Under the pieces are notes generated by a model that saw only the letters and a program-made list of their open reading frames with translations, made no database searches and had not been told where the DNA came from. DNA of 64,000 bases from an uncultured Spirochaetota bacterium (GTDB lineage Bacteria > Spirochaetota > UBA4802 > UBA5550), in NCBI GenBank assembly GCA_963827275.1, contig CAWHAA010000005.1:224001-288000 (forward strand), read 5' to 3'. A program made the translations under genes and the position numbers. This document shows positions 1 through 9,325 of the stretch, in pieces. Each line of letters starts with the position of its first letter. The first letter of the stretch is position 1.

Positions 1-150
1 CCGCATTGTCCGGGACACCGGCGCCGTCCATGCGGCCGCATAGTTATAACTTGACAAATAACATTCCCGAATATACAAGGTTGAAAGTTACGCAAGGCAT
101 TGCCGGATGTTGCAAGCCCAGATTAATAAAATTACACGCATCTAACATTT

Positions 151-1092
151 ATGAAGCCGGGAAACAACAACATCACCGGGGACCAGGCGAGCGCCGATCA
201 TGAAAAGCGGACGGCAGCCGCGACGTCAATGATCGCCGCCGTCGGCCTCACGGCGTTCAAAGTCATTGTCGGCGTTTCAACCGGAAGCCTCGGCATACTG
301 GCAGAAGCGGCGCATTCGGCGCTTGACCTGATCGCGGCGATCATCACCTACCTGGCCATCCGCATCAGCTCCCGGCCCGCCGACAGGACCCACCTGTACG
401 GCCACGGAAAGGTAGAGAACCTTTCGGCCATGTTTGAAACGATACTCCTGCTGGTGACCTGCGTCTGGATCATCTACGAAGCGGTCAACCGCATCTTCTT
501 CACAACCGTGGCGGTCGAGGCGTCAGTCTGGGCCTTCCTCGTCATGGGAACATCCATCATCATCGACTATTCCCGGTCGCGGGTCCTCTACCGCGCGGCA
601 CGCAAGCATAACAGCCAGGCGCTGGAGGCGGACGCGCTCCACTTCAGCACCGACATCTGGAGCTCATCGGTGGTCATCATCGGGCTTATACTGGTGAAGG
701 TGGCGGAAATCAAAAAGGAGTGGTTCTTTCTCGAAAGGGCCGACGCGATCGCCGCGCTGTTTGTGGCCGTCATCGTTATCTACGTCAGCGTCCGGCTCGG
801 CATTCGCACGGTGCAGGCGCTCCTGGACGCGGCGCCGCGGGGGCTGTACGCTACCATCAAAAAGACCGTGGAGGAGGTCCCCGGGGTCATGGACTGCCAC
901 AACATCCGGTTCCGCTCCTCCGGGCCGAGGATCTTCATCGATATCCATATCCTGACAGACGGCACCCAGAGCCTTAACAGCGCGCACGAACTGACCGAGA
1001 TAATCGAACAAAAGATACAGGAGTCCCTGCCCCAGGCGGACATCATGGTGCATCCCGAGCCCGGAACTAATGACACCGCCACTGATGACTGA
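151..1092 (+). CDS. Cation diffusion facilitator (CDF/FieF-like) metal efflux transporter
   Basis: 313-aa ORF with multiple TM helices, CDF motifs AEAAHSALD, HLYGHGKVE and ADALHFSTD, and a C-terminal dimerisation domain ending VHPEP. Confidence 0.93.
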   Translation: MKPGNNNITGDQASADHEKRTAAATSMIAAVGLTAFKVIVGVSTGSLGILAEAAHSALDLIAAIITYLAIRISSRPADRTHLYGHGKVENLSAMFETILLLVTCVWIIYEAVNRIFFTTVAVEASVWAFLVMGTSIIIDYSRSRVLYRAARKHNSQALEADALHFSTDIWSSSVVIIGLILVKVAEIKKEWFFLERADAIAALFVAVIVIYVSVRLGIRTVQALLDAAPRGLYATIKKTVEEVPGVMDCHNIRFRSSGPRIFIDIHILTDGTQSLNSAHELTEIIEQKIQESLPQADIMVHPEPGTNDTATDD

Positions 1093-1179
1093 CCGGCCCA
1101 TGCGGAGGCAGAAACAGCACACACCCTGCTATCATTTTCTCCGCAATCCGGGAACCGCTGCGCGGAGAAGCATGCCCCG

Positions 1180-2799
1180 ATGAAAAAAACCGGCACAACA
1201 CTGCTCATCGCCCTGGCGCTCATCTTCGTCCCCGGCCCATTCTGTCTTCGTCCCGGTGAAATACCCGCTCACGGCCGCGCCGGGTGGCACGATGCAGGGG
1301 GACACACCCTGCTGGCCGTGGAGGCCCCATCAGGAAAGAAGGCAGGGGACGCGCGCTGCATCCGGATAACGATTCTCTTTTTTAACGATCTCCATGGCAA
1401 CCTTGCGCCATTCAAGGTCACGACGGCCGATGGTTCCTCAGAGTATATCGGCGGCATCGCGGGGATGGCCACGCTGGTGAAGGAGATCCGGGCGCAGAAC
1501 ACGCGGCAGGGAATCCGCACCTTCCTGCTTGTGGCCGGGGACGTGCTCCAGGGCACCCCCATGTCCACACTGTTCAAGGGCAAACCGGACATAGAGATAT
1601 TCAATAAAATGGGCGTCGACGCCATGACGGTGGGCAATCATGAGTTCGATTTCGGGCTCGATAACTTTCTCGCGTTGAAGCAGGCGGCGCGATTCAAGAT
1701 TATAAGCTCGAACATCATCTGGAAAGACACAAAAAAGCCGTTGAATGACGCCACGGCGGCGTTCCCCCTGTCAGGAAATGCGGTCCTCACTGTCATAGGG
1801 GCGACCACCACCGAGCTCCTCACCACCACGGCGCCGGGGAACGTCGAGAAGCTCGAGGTCCTTGATCCGGTGGCCACCGTTGCCGGGAAGGTCGGTCCCG
1901 CCGCCCGGAAGGGGCCGGTGATCCTGCTTTCACACAGCAGGTTCCGGACCGATGCCGCCATCGCCAGGGCCAACCCGCGCCTCACCGCCATCATCGGCGG
2001 CCACGACCAGATCCTCTTCGACCCGGTGAAATACGCCTCGGGCGTGCCGGTGTTCCAGGCGTTTGAAAAGGGCCGGTACCTGGGCAGGCTCGATATATCC
2101 TTCGATCCCGGCGCGAGGAAGGCGGCCATCACCGGGTCACGCTATATTCCCGTTACCGCCGGGACCGCGCCGGACCCGGAGATAGCGAAGATCGTCGCCG
2201 ATTATGACGCCCGCCTCGGCGCGATGTACAAGCGGGTGATCGGGGAATCCATGACCGCGATGGACGGCGAGCGGGGGCGCATCCGCTACGAGGAGACGAA
2301 CCTGGGCAATTTCGTGACCGACGTGATGCGGGCCTGCACCGGGTCCGACATCGCCCTCCTGAACGCCGGGTCCCTCCGCGCCGGCCTGGACCGCGGCCCG
2401 GTCACCATCGAGGGCATATTCAGGGTGATGCCGTACCCGAATGAAATCATCGCGGTAACGATGACCGGCGCCGGGATCATGGAAGCGCTTGCCCGCTCCG
2501 TGCGGGGCGCGCGCGAGGACGAGGACGGCGGCTTCCTTCATGTGTCGGGAATCAGCTTCACCATACGGGAAAGAAAACCCGCGGATGTCCTGATCGGCGG
2601 CGCCCCGCTTGAACGGGGGAAAAACTACACGGTCACGATAACCGATTTCATGCATACGGGGGGCGACGGGTATACCATGTTTATCGACAAGCCGGCGACG
2701 AAAACCGGCCTGCCGCTCAGAGAGCTCCTTGTGGACACGGTAAGAAAAAGGGGCAGGATCGACGCGTCCGTGGAAGGACGCATTAAAAGAGAGGAATAG
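1180..2799 (+). CDS. Bifunctional metallophosphatase/5'-nucleotidase (exported)
   Basis: Signal peptide; calcineurin-like motifs NDLHG, AGD, GNHEFD and GGHD; C-terminal 5'-nucleotidase domain (NAGSLR, GGDGY). Confidence 0.92.
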   Translation: MKKTGTTLLIALALIFVPGPFCLRPGEIPAHGRAGWHDAGGHTLLAVEAPSGKKAGDARCIRITILFFNDLHGNLAPFKVTTADGSSEYIGGIAGMATLVKEIRAQNTRQGIRTFLLVAGDVLQGTPMSTLFKGKPDIEIFNKMGVDAMTVGNHEFDFGLDNFLALKQAARFKIISSNIIWKDTKKPLNDATAAFPLSGNAVLTVIGATTTELLTTTAPGNVEKLEVLDPVATVAGKVGPAARKGPVILLSHSRFRTDAAIARANPRLTAIIGGHDQILFDPVKYASGVPVFQAFEKGRYLGRLDISFDPGARKAAITGSRYIPVTAGTAPDPEIAKIVADYDARLGAMYKRVIGESMTAMDGERGRIRYEETNLGNFVTDVMRACTGSDIALLNAGSLRAGLDRGPVTIEGIFRVMPYPNEIIAVTMTGAGIMEALARSVRGAREDEDGGFLHVSGISFTIRERKPADVLIGGAPLERGKNYTVTITDFMHTGGDGYTMFIDKPATKTGLPLRELLVDTVRKRGRIDASVEGRIKREE

Positions 2800-2832
2800 C
2801 GTTTATCACACATTCATATTCGTTATCATGAT

Positions 2833-5343
2833 ATGCACCCGGAAGACCTACAATCACTCCCCGTTTATCCCCGGCTCGACGAGATAGCCGACGCCCTCGC
2901 CCGCGACAGGATACTCATGCTCAATGCCGAGACCGGCGCCGGGAAAACCACGCTGGTACCATGGAAGCTGCTCAGCCATGCCGCGTTCTCCGGCTCAAAG
3001 ATCCTGCTCCTCCAGCCCCGCAGGATCGCCGCGCGGGCGGCGGCGGACCGTATCGCCAGCATCCTGGACGAACGCCCGGGGCAGACCGTGGGCCTTCGCA
3101 CCAGGACCGAAACCGCGACAGGGAGATCAACACGGCTCGAGGTAATCACCGAGGGGGTCCTCACGCGCATCATCCAGAACGACCAGGCGCTCGAGGGTTA
3201 CGGGACAATCATCTTCGACGAGTTCCACGAGCGCACCATACAGGCCGACCTGGCCCTGGCCCTCGCGTGGGACTGCCGGAGCACGATCCGCCCCGACATG
3301 AAGCTACTTTTCATGTCCGCGACGCTGCCCGATGCCACGCTCCGTTCGGCCCTCGGCGACATGGAACTCATTGCCGTTCCCGGACGGACCCATCCGGTGC
3401 GGGTGCACTACCGCCCGCCCCTTCCCGACGAAAAACCATGGAACGGGGCCGCGCGGCTTGCCGCCGAAGCGAGGGGGATGGCCGACCTGTCCGGCAGCGG
3501 CGACGTGCTCGTGTTTCTGCCCGGTTTCTACGAGATCAATCGCACCCGTGAAGCCATCCGGCAATCATTCCCCGGCCTGAACGACGGTATCGCCATACTG
3601 CACGGCCAGATCCCGCCCGATGAACAGCGCAGGGTGCTCAATCCCCCGCCGGGAACCGGAAGCCGCATCATCCTGTCAACAAATGTCGCGGAATCCAGCA
3701 TTACGCTGCCGGGAGTCCGCGCCGTTGTGGACATCGGGCTTGAGCGCCGCGTACGGTATCAGCCGCGCACCGGCATGGACCACTGGGACACGGTGATGAT
3801 CAGCGCCGCCTCCGCCGAACAGAGGAGAGGCCGGGCGGGGCGCACGGCCCCCGGCATCTGCCTGCGCTGGTGGAACGAAGCCGGGCGCCGCGAGGCATTC
3901 GCCCCCCCGGAAATACTCGAATCCGACCTCGCGCCCCTCCTCCTCGAAACAGCCCTGTGGGGCGCGGCGTCGCCGTACGACCTCACCTGGATCACCCCGC
4001 CGCAGCAGGCTTCCATGGAGAGGGCATCGGCGCTTTTAAAAAACCTCGGCCTGATCGACGACTCGGGCCGGATAACCGCGTCAGGCCGCAGCGCCGCCGC
4101 GATCGGTCTCCACCCCCGACTGGGCCGCATGGTGCTGGAAGCGGCCAGGAGAGGCTGGTCAGCGGCCGCGGCGGTGACCGCGGCAATAATTGAAGAAGAC
4201 GTGACGATGGGCGGCGATGACCCTGATTTCCGTGACCGCCTCGCCGCCTGGGCGGCATGGGCCGACGGCAGGCGCGGCGCGTTCCCGGACGGGACCGCCC
4301 GCCGCATTTACGACGAAGCGCGCAGGATACTGGGCCGGGCGGGGTCAGAGCACGCACCCGTCACCGGGAGGGACATTGATCCGGACCTGGCGGGAAAGCT
4401 GCTCCTGCTCGCCTTTCCTGACCGGGTGGCCAAAAAGACGTCTACCGATAACTATCTGTCAAGATGGACGCTCGCGACCGGCCGCGGGGCGCGATTGTCA
4501 GGCCCCCTCGGGTCCCATGAATTCATCGCTATTGCCGATCTGGATGGCGGCGAAACCGATGCGCGCATTTTTTCAGCTGCACCGATAACTATCGGGGACC
4601 TCGAAAACGGCCTGGCCGGACAGCCGATAACCGAACATATTGTTGAATGGGACGGCTGGACACCCCATGTCCGCACGATTGAGCGCCTGGATCGTCTGAA
4701 GCTGCGGGACAGACAGGGGAGCCTTCCGCCGGAGGATGTTTTGCGGCAGCATACTATCAAACGCATCGAACAGGAAGGGATTCTTATACTGCCATGGAGC
4801 GATGCTGCACGGCATGTATGCGCACGATCAGCTTTCATACAAAAAAACGGGGGTCAGAGCAACTGGCCCGATCTATCGCCCGAAATCCTTGCCGCTGAAG
4901 CAACAGAATGGCTTATTCCTTTCGGGACCTTCACCGGCGGCCCCATTTTCAGTAACGGGAGTCTCCTTAAGGCGCTGGAATACCGCCTGGGACCGGAACG
5001 ACGGCGCATACTCGCCGCACTGGCCCCCGAACAGATACGGCTTCCCTCCGGGACGATGAAGTCGGTCGATTACATGAGCGGCGACATCCCAGTAATTGCT
5101 GCCCGCCTGCAGGAGTTCTTCGGCTGCGTGGAAACACCGCACCTGTGCGGAATACCCGTACTGCTGCATCTCCTGAGCCCCGCCGGAAGGCCTGTCCAGA
5201 TAACCCGCGACCTGCGGGGATTCTGGGAACGATCATATCCGGATGTAAAAAAGGAGCTCATGGGTCGTTACCCCCGTCATTACTGGCCGGATAACCCGCT
5301 GGCGGCGGAGCCGACGAATCGTGCAAAACCAAAAAAACGGTAA
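2833..5343 (+). CDS. hrpB: ATP-dependent helicase HrpB
   Basis: GAGKTT, DEFHER, MSAT, TNVAESSIT and QRRGRAGR helicase motifs, plus the HrpB C-terminal LLSPAGRP...GRYPRHYWP. Confidence 0.95.
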   Translation: MHPEDLQSLPVYPRLDEIADALARDRILMLNAETGAGKTTLVPWKLLSHAAFSGSKILLLQPRRIAARAAADRIASILDERPGQTVGLRTRTETATGRSTRLEVITEGVLTRIIQNDQALEGYGTIIFDEFHERTIQADLALALAWDCRSTIRPDMKLLFMSATLPDATLRSALGDMELIAVPGRTHPVRVHYRPPLPDEKPWNGAARLAAEARGMADLSGSGDVLVFLPGFYEINRTREAIRQSFPGLNDGIAILHGQIPPDEQRRVLNPPPGTGSRIILSTNVAESSITLPGVRAVVDIGLERRVRYQPRTGMDHWDTVMISAASAEQRRGRAGRTAPGICLRWWNEAGRREAFAPPEILESDLAPLLLETALWGAASPYDLTWITPPQQASMERASALLKNLGLIDDSGRITASGRSAAAIGLHPRLGRMVLEAARRGWSAAAAVTAAIIEEDVTMGGDDPDFRDRLAAWAAWADGRRGAFPDGTARRIYDEARRILGRAGSEHAPVTGRDIDPDLAGKLLLLAFPDRVAKKTSTDNYLSRWTLATGRGARLSGPLGSHEFIAIADLDGGETDARIFSAAPITIGDLENGLAGQPITEHIVEWDGWTPHVRTIERLDRLKLRDRQGSLPPEDVLRQHTIKRIEQEGILILPWSDAARHVCARSAFIQKNGGQSNWPDLSPEILAAEATEWLIPFGTFTGGPIFSNGSLLKALEYRLGPERRRILAALAPEQIRLPSGTMKSVDYMSGDIPVIAARLQEFFGCVETPHLCGIPVLLHLLSPAGRPVQITRDLRGFWERSYPDVKKELMGRYPRHYWPDNPLAAEPTNRAKPKKR
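4444..4456 (+). repeat. ACCGATAACTATC motif copy 1 (in hrpB, read as T-D-N-Y)
   Basis: Exact 13-mer read from the sequence. Confidence 0.85.
4581..4595 (+). repeat. ACCGATAACTATCGG motif copy 2 (in hrpB, read as P-I-T-I-G)
   Basis: Exact 15-mer; CCGATA-AC-TATCGG near-palindrome. Confidence 0.9.
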
Positions 5344-5364
5344 TGCTAATATATAATTTTGAAT

Positions 5365-5379
5365 ACCGATAACTATCGG
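5365..5379 (+). repeat. ACCGATAACTATCGG motif copy 3 (intergenic)
   Basis: Exact 15-mer. Confidence 0.9.
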
Positions 5380-5469
5380 CTTCCCAATTATCATTTTTCC
5401 ATAAATATCACCAATGGAGCAATAAGCCTCAGCATCAACCGGAGAACCAACGGCCTTGATGCCATCATT

Positions 5470-5482
5470 ACCGATAACTATC
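5470..5482 (+). repeat. ACCGATAACTATC motif copy 4 (intergenic)
   Basis: Exact 13-mer. Confidence 0.85.
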
Positions 5483-5534
5483 AAAATATTATTTGACATC
5501 TCCCGGTAATACAATTTTTTGAATCAAACCAACC

Positions 5535-6596
5535 ATGATACGAAGGACCATAAAATATTACACCGAAGGCATCCCGCCCCGCAACGACTACCCCCGGGGA
5601 ATGCGCGGATTAAGCAAATACCTCGCTGCCATATTTGACATCTGGCCGGTGGGCATACAGCGCATCATGAAGCTCCAGCCCGTCTTTTCGCTGGCCACCA
5701 GCCTTGTCGTTATCCTTCTTTTCAAAAAGGGGTTCGAGTATGTGCCGATTGTAATTGTTTCGGTGATATTCGCCTTTTTTTATATTACCTTCCGGTTGTA
5801 CCTGCTAAAACAACGATCAAACATACTTACCTCATTATGGGATACGGCGCTTATCTTCATCCTCAACAACATGCTCCTGTTTGTGCTACCGTTCTATTTT
5901 GAATCAATGACATTCCCATCCCGCAACATTCTCTTTGCGCCGATCATCGTTATCATTGCCGTAATCGCCGGCTGGTATGAACTCTACCAGCGACTTGTTG
6001 CGCGACACCCCTTGAGAAGCTCATTCTTCTATGCCCTGACGTTTTTTTGTGTCCTGAACCTCCTTCTCCCCATACTCTTTGGCGTGAGAAATATCTGGAG
6101 CCTTTTAATTTCCGGGGGAATTGCCGCGACAGCGGTCATCGTTTTCGTATATCCTCACATTGACATGCTCAAGAACAGGAAAAACACCGCCATTTTTATC
6201 ATGGGAATCGCGCTCTTCTTCGTGCTGTTATGGTTCGGCAGGAGCCTTATACCCCCGGCACCCCTGAAGCTGACACGTGCCACGGCATGTCGCGGGATTG
6301 AAGACTTCCGCCCCATGGACGCCTTCAAAGCAGAAGAAGCAGCCTCGATACCGGAGGTCTATTTCTACTCATCCATCTTCGCGCCACGCGGACTCGCCGA
6401 AAAGATCAACCATGTATGGTCCATAAATGGGCAAAAGCTCCTCACTATTTCATTAAGCGAAATTCAGGGGGGCAGAAAAGGGGGATTTGGAACGTGGTCA
6501 CGCCGTACCATACTGGAGGGACCGGGCAGATATACCATAGAAGTCTGGACCGCAGGGGGCCAGCTATTGGGGACAGGAACGTTTATACTGCATTGA
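5535..6596 (+). CDS. Membrane protein with a C-terminal DUF2914-like domain
   Basis: About 7 TM helices followed by PPAPL...IFAPRGL...HVW...GGRKGGF.TWS...GQLLG, resembling DUF5924/DUF2914 proteins. Confidence 0.75.
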   Translation: MIRRTIKYYTEGIPPRNDYPRGMRGLSKYLAAIFDIWPVGIQRIMKLQPVFSLATSLVVILLFKKGFEYVPIVIVSVIFAFFYITFRLYLLKQRSNILTSLWDTALIFILNNMLLFVLPFYFESMTFPSRNILFAPIIVIIAVIAGWYELYQRLVARHPLRSSFFYALTFFCVLNLLLPILFGVRNIWSLLISGGIAATAVIVFVYPHIDMLKNRKNTAIFIMGIALFFVLLWFGRSLIPPAPLKLTRATACRGIEDFRPMDAFKAEEAASIPEVYFYSSIFAPRGLAEKINHVWSINGQKLLTISLSEIQGGRKGGFGTWSRRTILEGPGRYTIEVWTAGGQLLGTGTFILH

Positions 6597-6659
6597 GAAC
6601 GGCGAGGACCATACCGTGCCCTTCTCTTCTATTTAATGGCGTCCCGGCAATAAAGATTG

Positions 6660-6688
6660 TTGACATTTTTAATTGCAATTGTTATAAT
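6660..6688 (+). promoter_or_regulatory. Consensus sigma70 promoter upstream of the STAS gene
   Basis: TTGACA-17 nt-TATAAT exactly; the spacer contains the palindrome AATTGCAATT. Confidence 0.8.
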
Positions 6689-6740
6689 TCTCTAAATTAT
6701 GAAATTAAAACAAAAATTGTAGATTCACCCAGAGGATACA

Positions 6741-7031
6741 ATGAAGATAAAAATAAACCAGACGAGTGACATTGTAAAGGTCGTAATTGAAGGGAACCTT
6801 GAGGCCACCACCATAAAACCCTTCAGTGACAAGATTGCAAATATACCCGGGTATGACAAGGACGTCGAGATTGACCTGGCCCTTGTTGACTACATCGATT
6901 CTTCCGGCATCCGGGCCCTGCTTACTTTAAAAAAGAAGCTCAAGGAACTGGACAAGAACCTTACCATAGCAAACTCATCGGAAAATGTAAAAAGAATACT
7001 GCAGCTTTCATCACTCCAGGGCGTACTGTAA
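6741..7031 (+). CDS. STAS-domain anti-anti-sigma factor (RsbV/SpoIIAA-like)
   Basis: 96 aa, VDYIDSSG phosphorylation motif, AGGA RBS. Confidence 0.92.
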   Translation: MKIKINQTSDIVKVVIEGNLEATTIKPFSDKIANIPGYDKDVEIDLALVDYIDSSGIRALLTLKKKLKELDKNLTIANSSENVKRILQLSSLQGVL

Positions 7032-7196
7032 ACTGGACATTACGGCATTCGGGCCGGAATTCTTAAAGCACCCGGGATCATGCATGTCCGACGCCGCCTT
7101 TACAATAACGATACTGATGCCGTCACAATGCGTATTTAATTTACGTGAATAGCTGGATCCTTGATTATACACATACAGATCGAAGAGGTACGTTTC

Positions 7197-9296
7197 ATGG
7201 AAAAACTTTTTTATCCCGAATCGCTTGTCATCATGGGGCTTTCATCAAAGCCCAACAATATTCCGAAGCTGGTGCTCGAAAACCTCATCAGGTGGGGCTA
7301 CAAGGGCCGCATCCTGGGGGTCAATCCCCGTTCGGACGACCATGATGTTAACGGCATCCGTATGTACAAGTCGATACGGGAACTCCCCGTTGTACCGGAC
7401 CTTGTATACGCACTGGTCCCCGCCCGGCTTATCCCGGACGTTGTTGAAGAATGCGGCGAATTCGGCGTCAGGTGGATGGCCATCCCCTCGGGAGGCTTTA
7501 ACGAGCTGAGCAATGAAGGAGGCAAGCTTGCAGACCTGCTCCTTGAAAAATCACGCAAATACGGCATCCGCTTCGTAGGACCCAACGGCCTTACCGTCGC
7601 CAATACCGCGAACGGCATGTGCCTGCCTTTCATCCCGTCGTTTCCTCCCCCCAAGGGAGGGTTTTCCATCATCGCACAGAGCGGCGGCGTTGGCATCATG
7701 CTCTGGAACTTCATGATGGATGAAAACATCGGGATGGCAAAGTTCGCGAGCATCGGCAACAAGCTCGACCTGGACGAGGTGGATTTCCTTGAATACTTCG
7801 GGCGCGATCCGGAGACCAAGATCATCGGCATGTACCTGGAGAGCATCCCCCGCGGCAAAGAGCTTCTGGCGGCCGCCGCCAGGATCAACAAGCCGATCGT
7901 GATCCTCAAATCCAATACCACCTCCGCGGGACGAAAAGCGGCCATGAGCCATACCGCGGCACTGTCAAACGATGACGAAATCATCGACGCCGCCTTTGAC
8001 CGGGCCGGCATTATACGGATATCCCACTTCAACGACTTCATATCGGTGGCCAAGGCCTTCGATCTTCCCCCCATGCGTGGCAACCGGCTCATGATGATGA
8101 GCCCCGCCGGCGGCATCACCGTCATGATGGCGGACCTGTGCGAAAAGATAGGGTTCAAATTCGCCGATCCCGGGAAGGAGTTCTTTGACGGCCTGAAGGG
8201 CTTTTCCAACGCGGGCGTCATCAATTTCTCCAACCCGCTCGACATGGGGGACATCTACGACCCGAACCTGTACGCAAAGATATTCTACGAGGTGATGCAC
8301 AACGACAATGTCGACGGTGCTGTGTACGTCACCCAGTGGCCCCAGATGCCGAAGGGACCGGACGTCTTTTTCAAGATGTTCCATACCGACCTTTCGAAGG
8401 AAGCCACCGGGACCATGCTTTCATCGGGCAAACCCCTGGGCGTGTGCGTCTTCGGCCTGTCGGCAACCATCGCGACCATGAAGAAAAACATAAACTTCCC
8501 CCTCTTCGACAGCTTCGAAGAGATGATGTTCGCGCTTAAAAAGCAGAGCGACTACAACATGAGAAGGCAGAAAAAAGGATCGGAGCCGCTTCCGATCGAC
8601 AGCGCCGACATCGACGCGGCCTCGCGATGGATACAGGCGAATCCCGGCGATACCGGCGAAGAATCCATGGAACTGCTGGCTGCGTTCGGCGTCCCGGCGG
8701 CAGGTTCCGCGATTGCGTTGAAGGCGGACGAGGCGGCGGTCCAGGCGCGAAAGATAGGATACCCCGTGGTCCTCAAGGTAATATCGCCCGACGCGCTCCA
8801 CAAGTCCGAGGCGGGCGGTGTCATGGTCGGCCTTCGCGACGACGAGGCGGTTAAAAAAGGATTCGAGACCATCCGGAAAAACCTGTCGGCCTACAAGAAG
8901 GACGCGCGCTTCGACGGCGTCAGGGTGGTGAAAATGGCGGATGATGGATACGACATGTTCATCGGCGGCAGGCAGGACCCCTCCTTCGGGCCGGTGATCT
9001 TCTTCGGGTTCGGCGGGATATACATCGAGGTGTTCAGGGACGTCAAGCTCCTGCTCTGCCCGGCCGGCCGCGAAGAGATCACGGAAAAAATCAAAGAGCT
9101 GAAATCCTACAGCGTCCTCACTGGGGCACGCGGGAAACAGGCAGGGAACATCGACGCGTATATCGCCATGATCGAGCGCGTATCGCACCTTTTAGCCCGG
9201 TTCCCCGAAATACAGGAACTGGACGTAAACCCGGTGCGGATTCTCGCTGACGGCTCCGGTGCGGTGGCACTGGATGCAAGGATTCGTATCGGATAA
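7197..9296 (+). CDS. Acetate/acyl-CoA ligase (ADP-forming) family, CoA-binding plus ATP-grasp fusion
   Basis: GPNG, QSGG, SHTAAL, NPLD, HKSEAGGV and ELDVNP motifs; start moved to ATG 7197 (GAGG RBS). Confidence 0.9.
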   Translation: MEKLFYPESLVIMGLSSKPNNIPKLVLENLIRWGYKGRILGVNPRSDDHDVNGIRMYKSIRELPVVPDLVYALVPARLIPDVVEECGEFGVRWMAIPSGGFNELSNEGGKLADLLLEKSRKYGIRFVGPNGLTVANTANGMCLPFIPSFPPPKGGFSIIAQSGGVGIMLWNFMMDENIGMAKFASIGNKLDLDEVDFLEYFGRDPETKIIGMYLESIPRGKELLAAAARINKPIVILKSNTTSAGRKAAMSHTAALSNDDEIIDAAFDRAGIIRISHFNDFISVAKAFDLPPMRGNRLMMMSPAGGITVMMADLCEKIGFKFADPGKEFFDGLKGFSNAGVINFSNPLDMGDIYDPNLYAKIFYEVMHNDNVDGAVYVTQWPQMPKGPDVFFKMFHTDLSKEATGTMLSSGKPLGVCVFGLSATIATMKKNINFPLFDSFEEMMFALKKQSDYNMRRQKKGSEPLPIDSADIDAASRWIQANPGDTGEESMELLAAFGVPAAGSAIALKADEAAVQARKIGYPVVLKVISPDALHKSEAGGVMVGLRDDEAVKKGFETIRKNLSAYKKDARFDGVRVVKMADDGYDMFIGGRQDPSFGPVIFFGFGGIYIEVFRDVKLLLCPAGREEITEKIKELKSYSVLTGARGKQAGNIDAYIAMIERVSHLLARFPEIQELDVNPVRILADGSGAVALDARIRIG

Positions 9297-9325
9297 AGTC
9301 AAATGAGCGGCCTCCGGGTACAATC

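Noticed and set aside
5233..5514. 93-aa minus-strand ORF containing LIVIG and PIVIG
   Set aside because: It overlaps the hrpB 3' end, and the repeated peptides are simply the antisense reading of the DNA motif.
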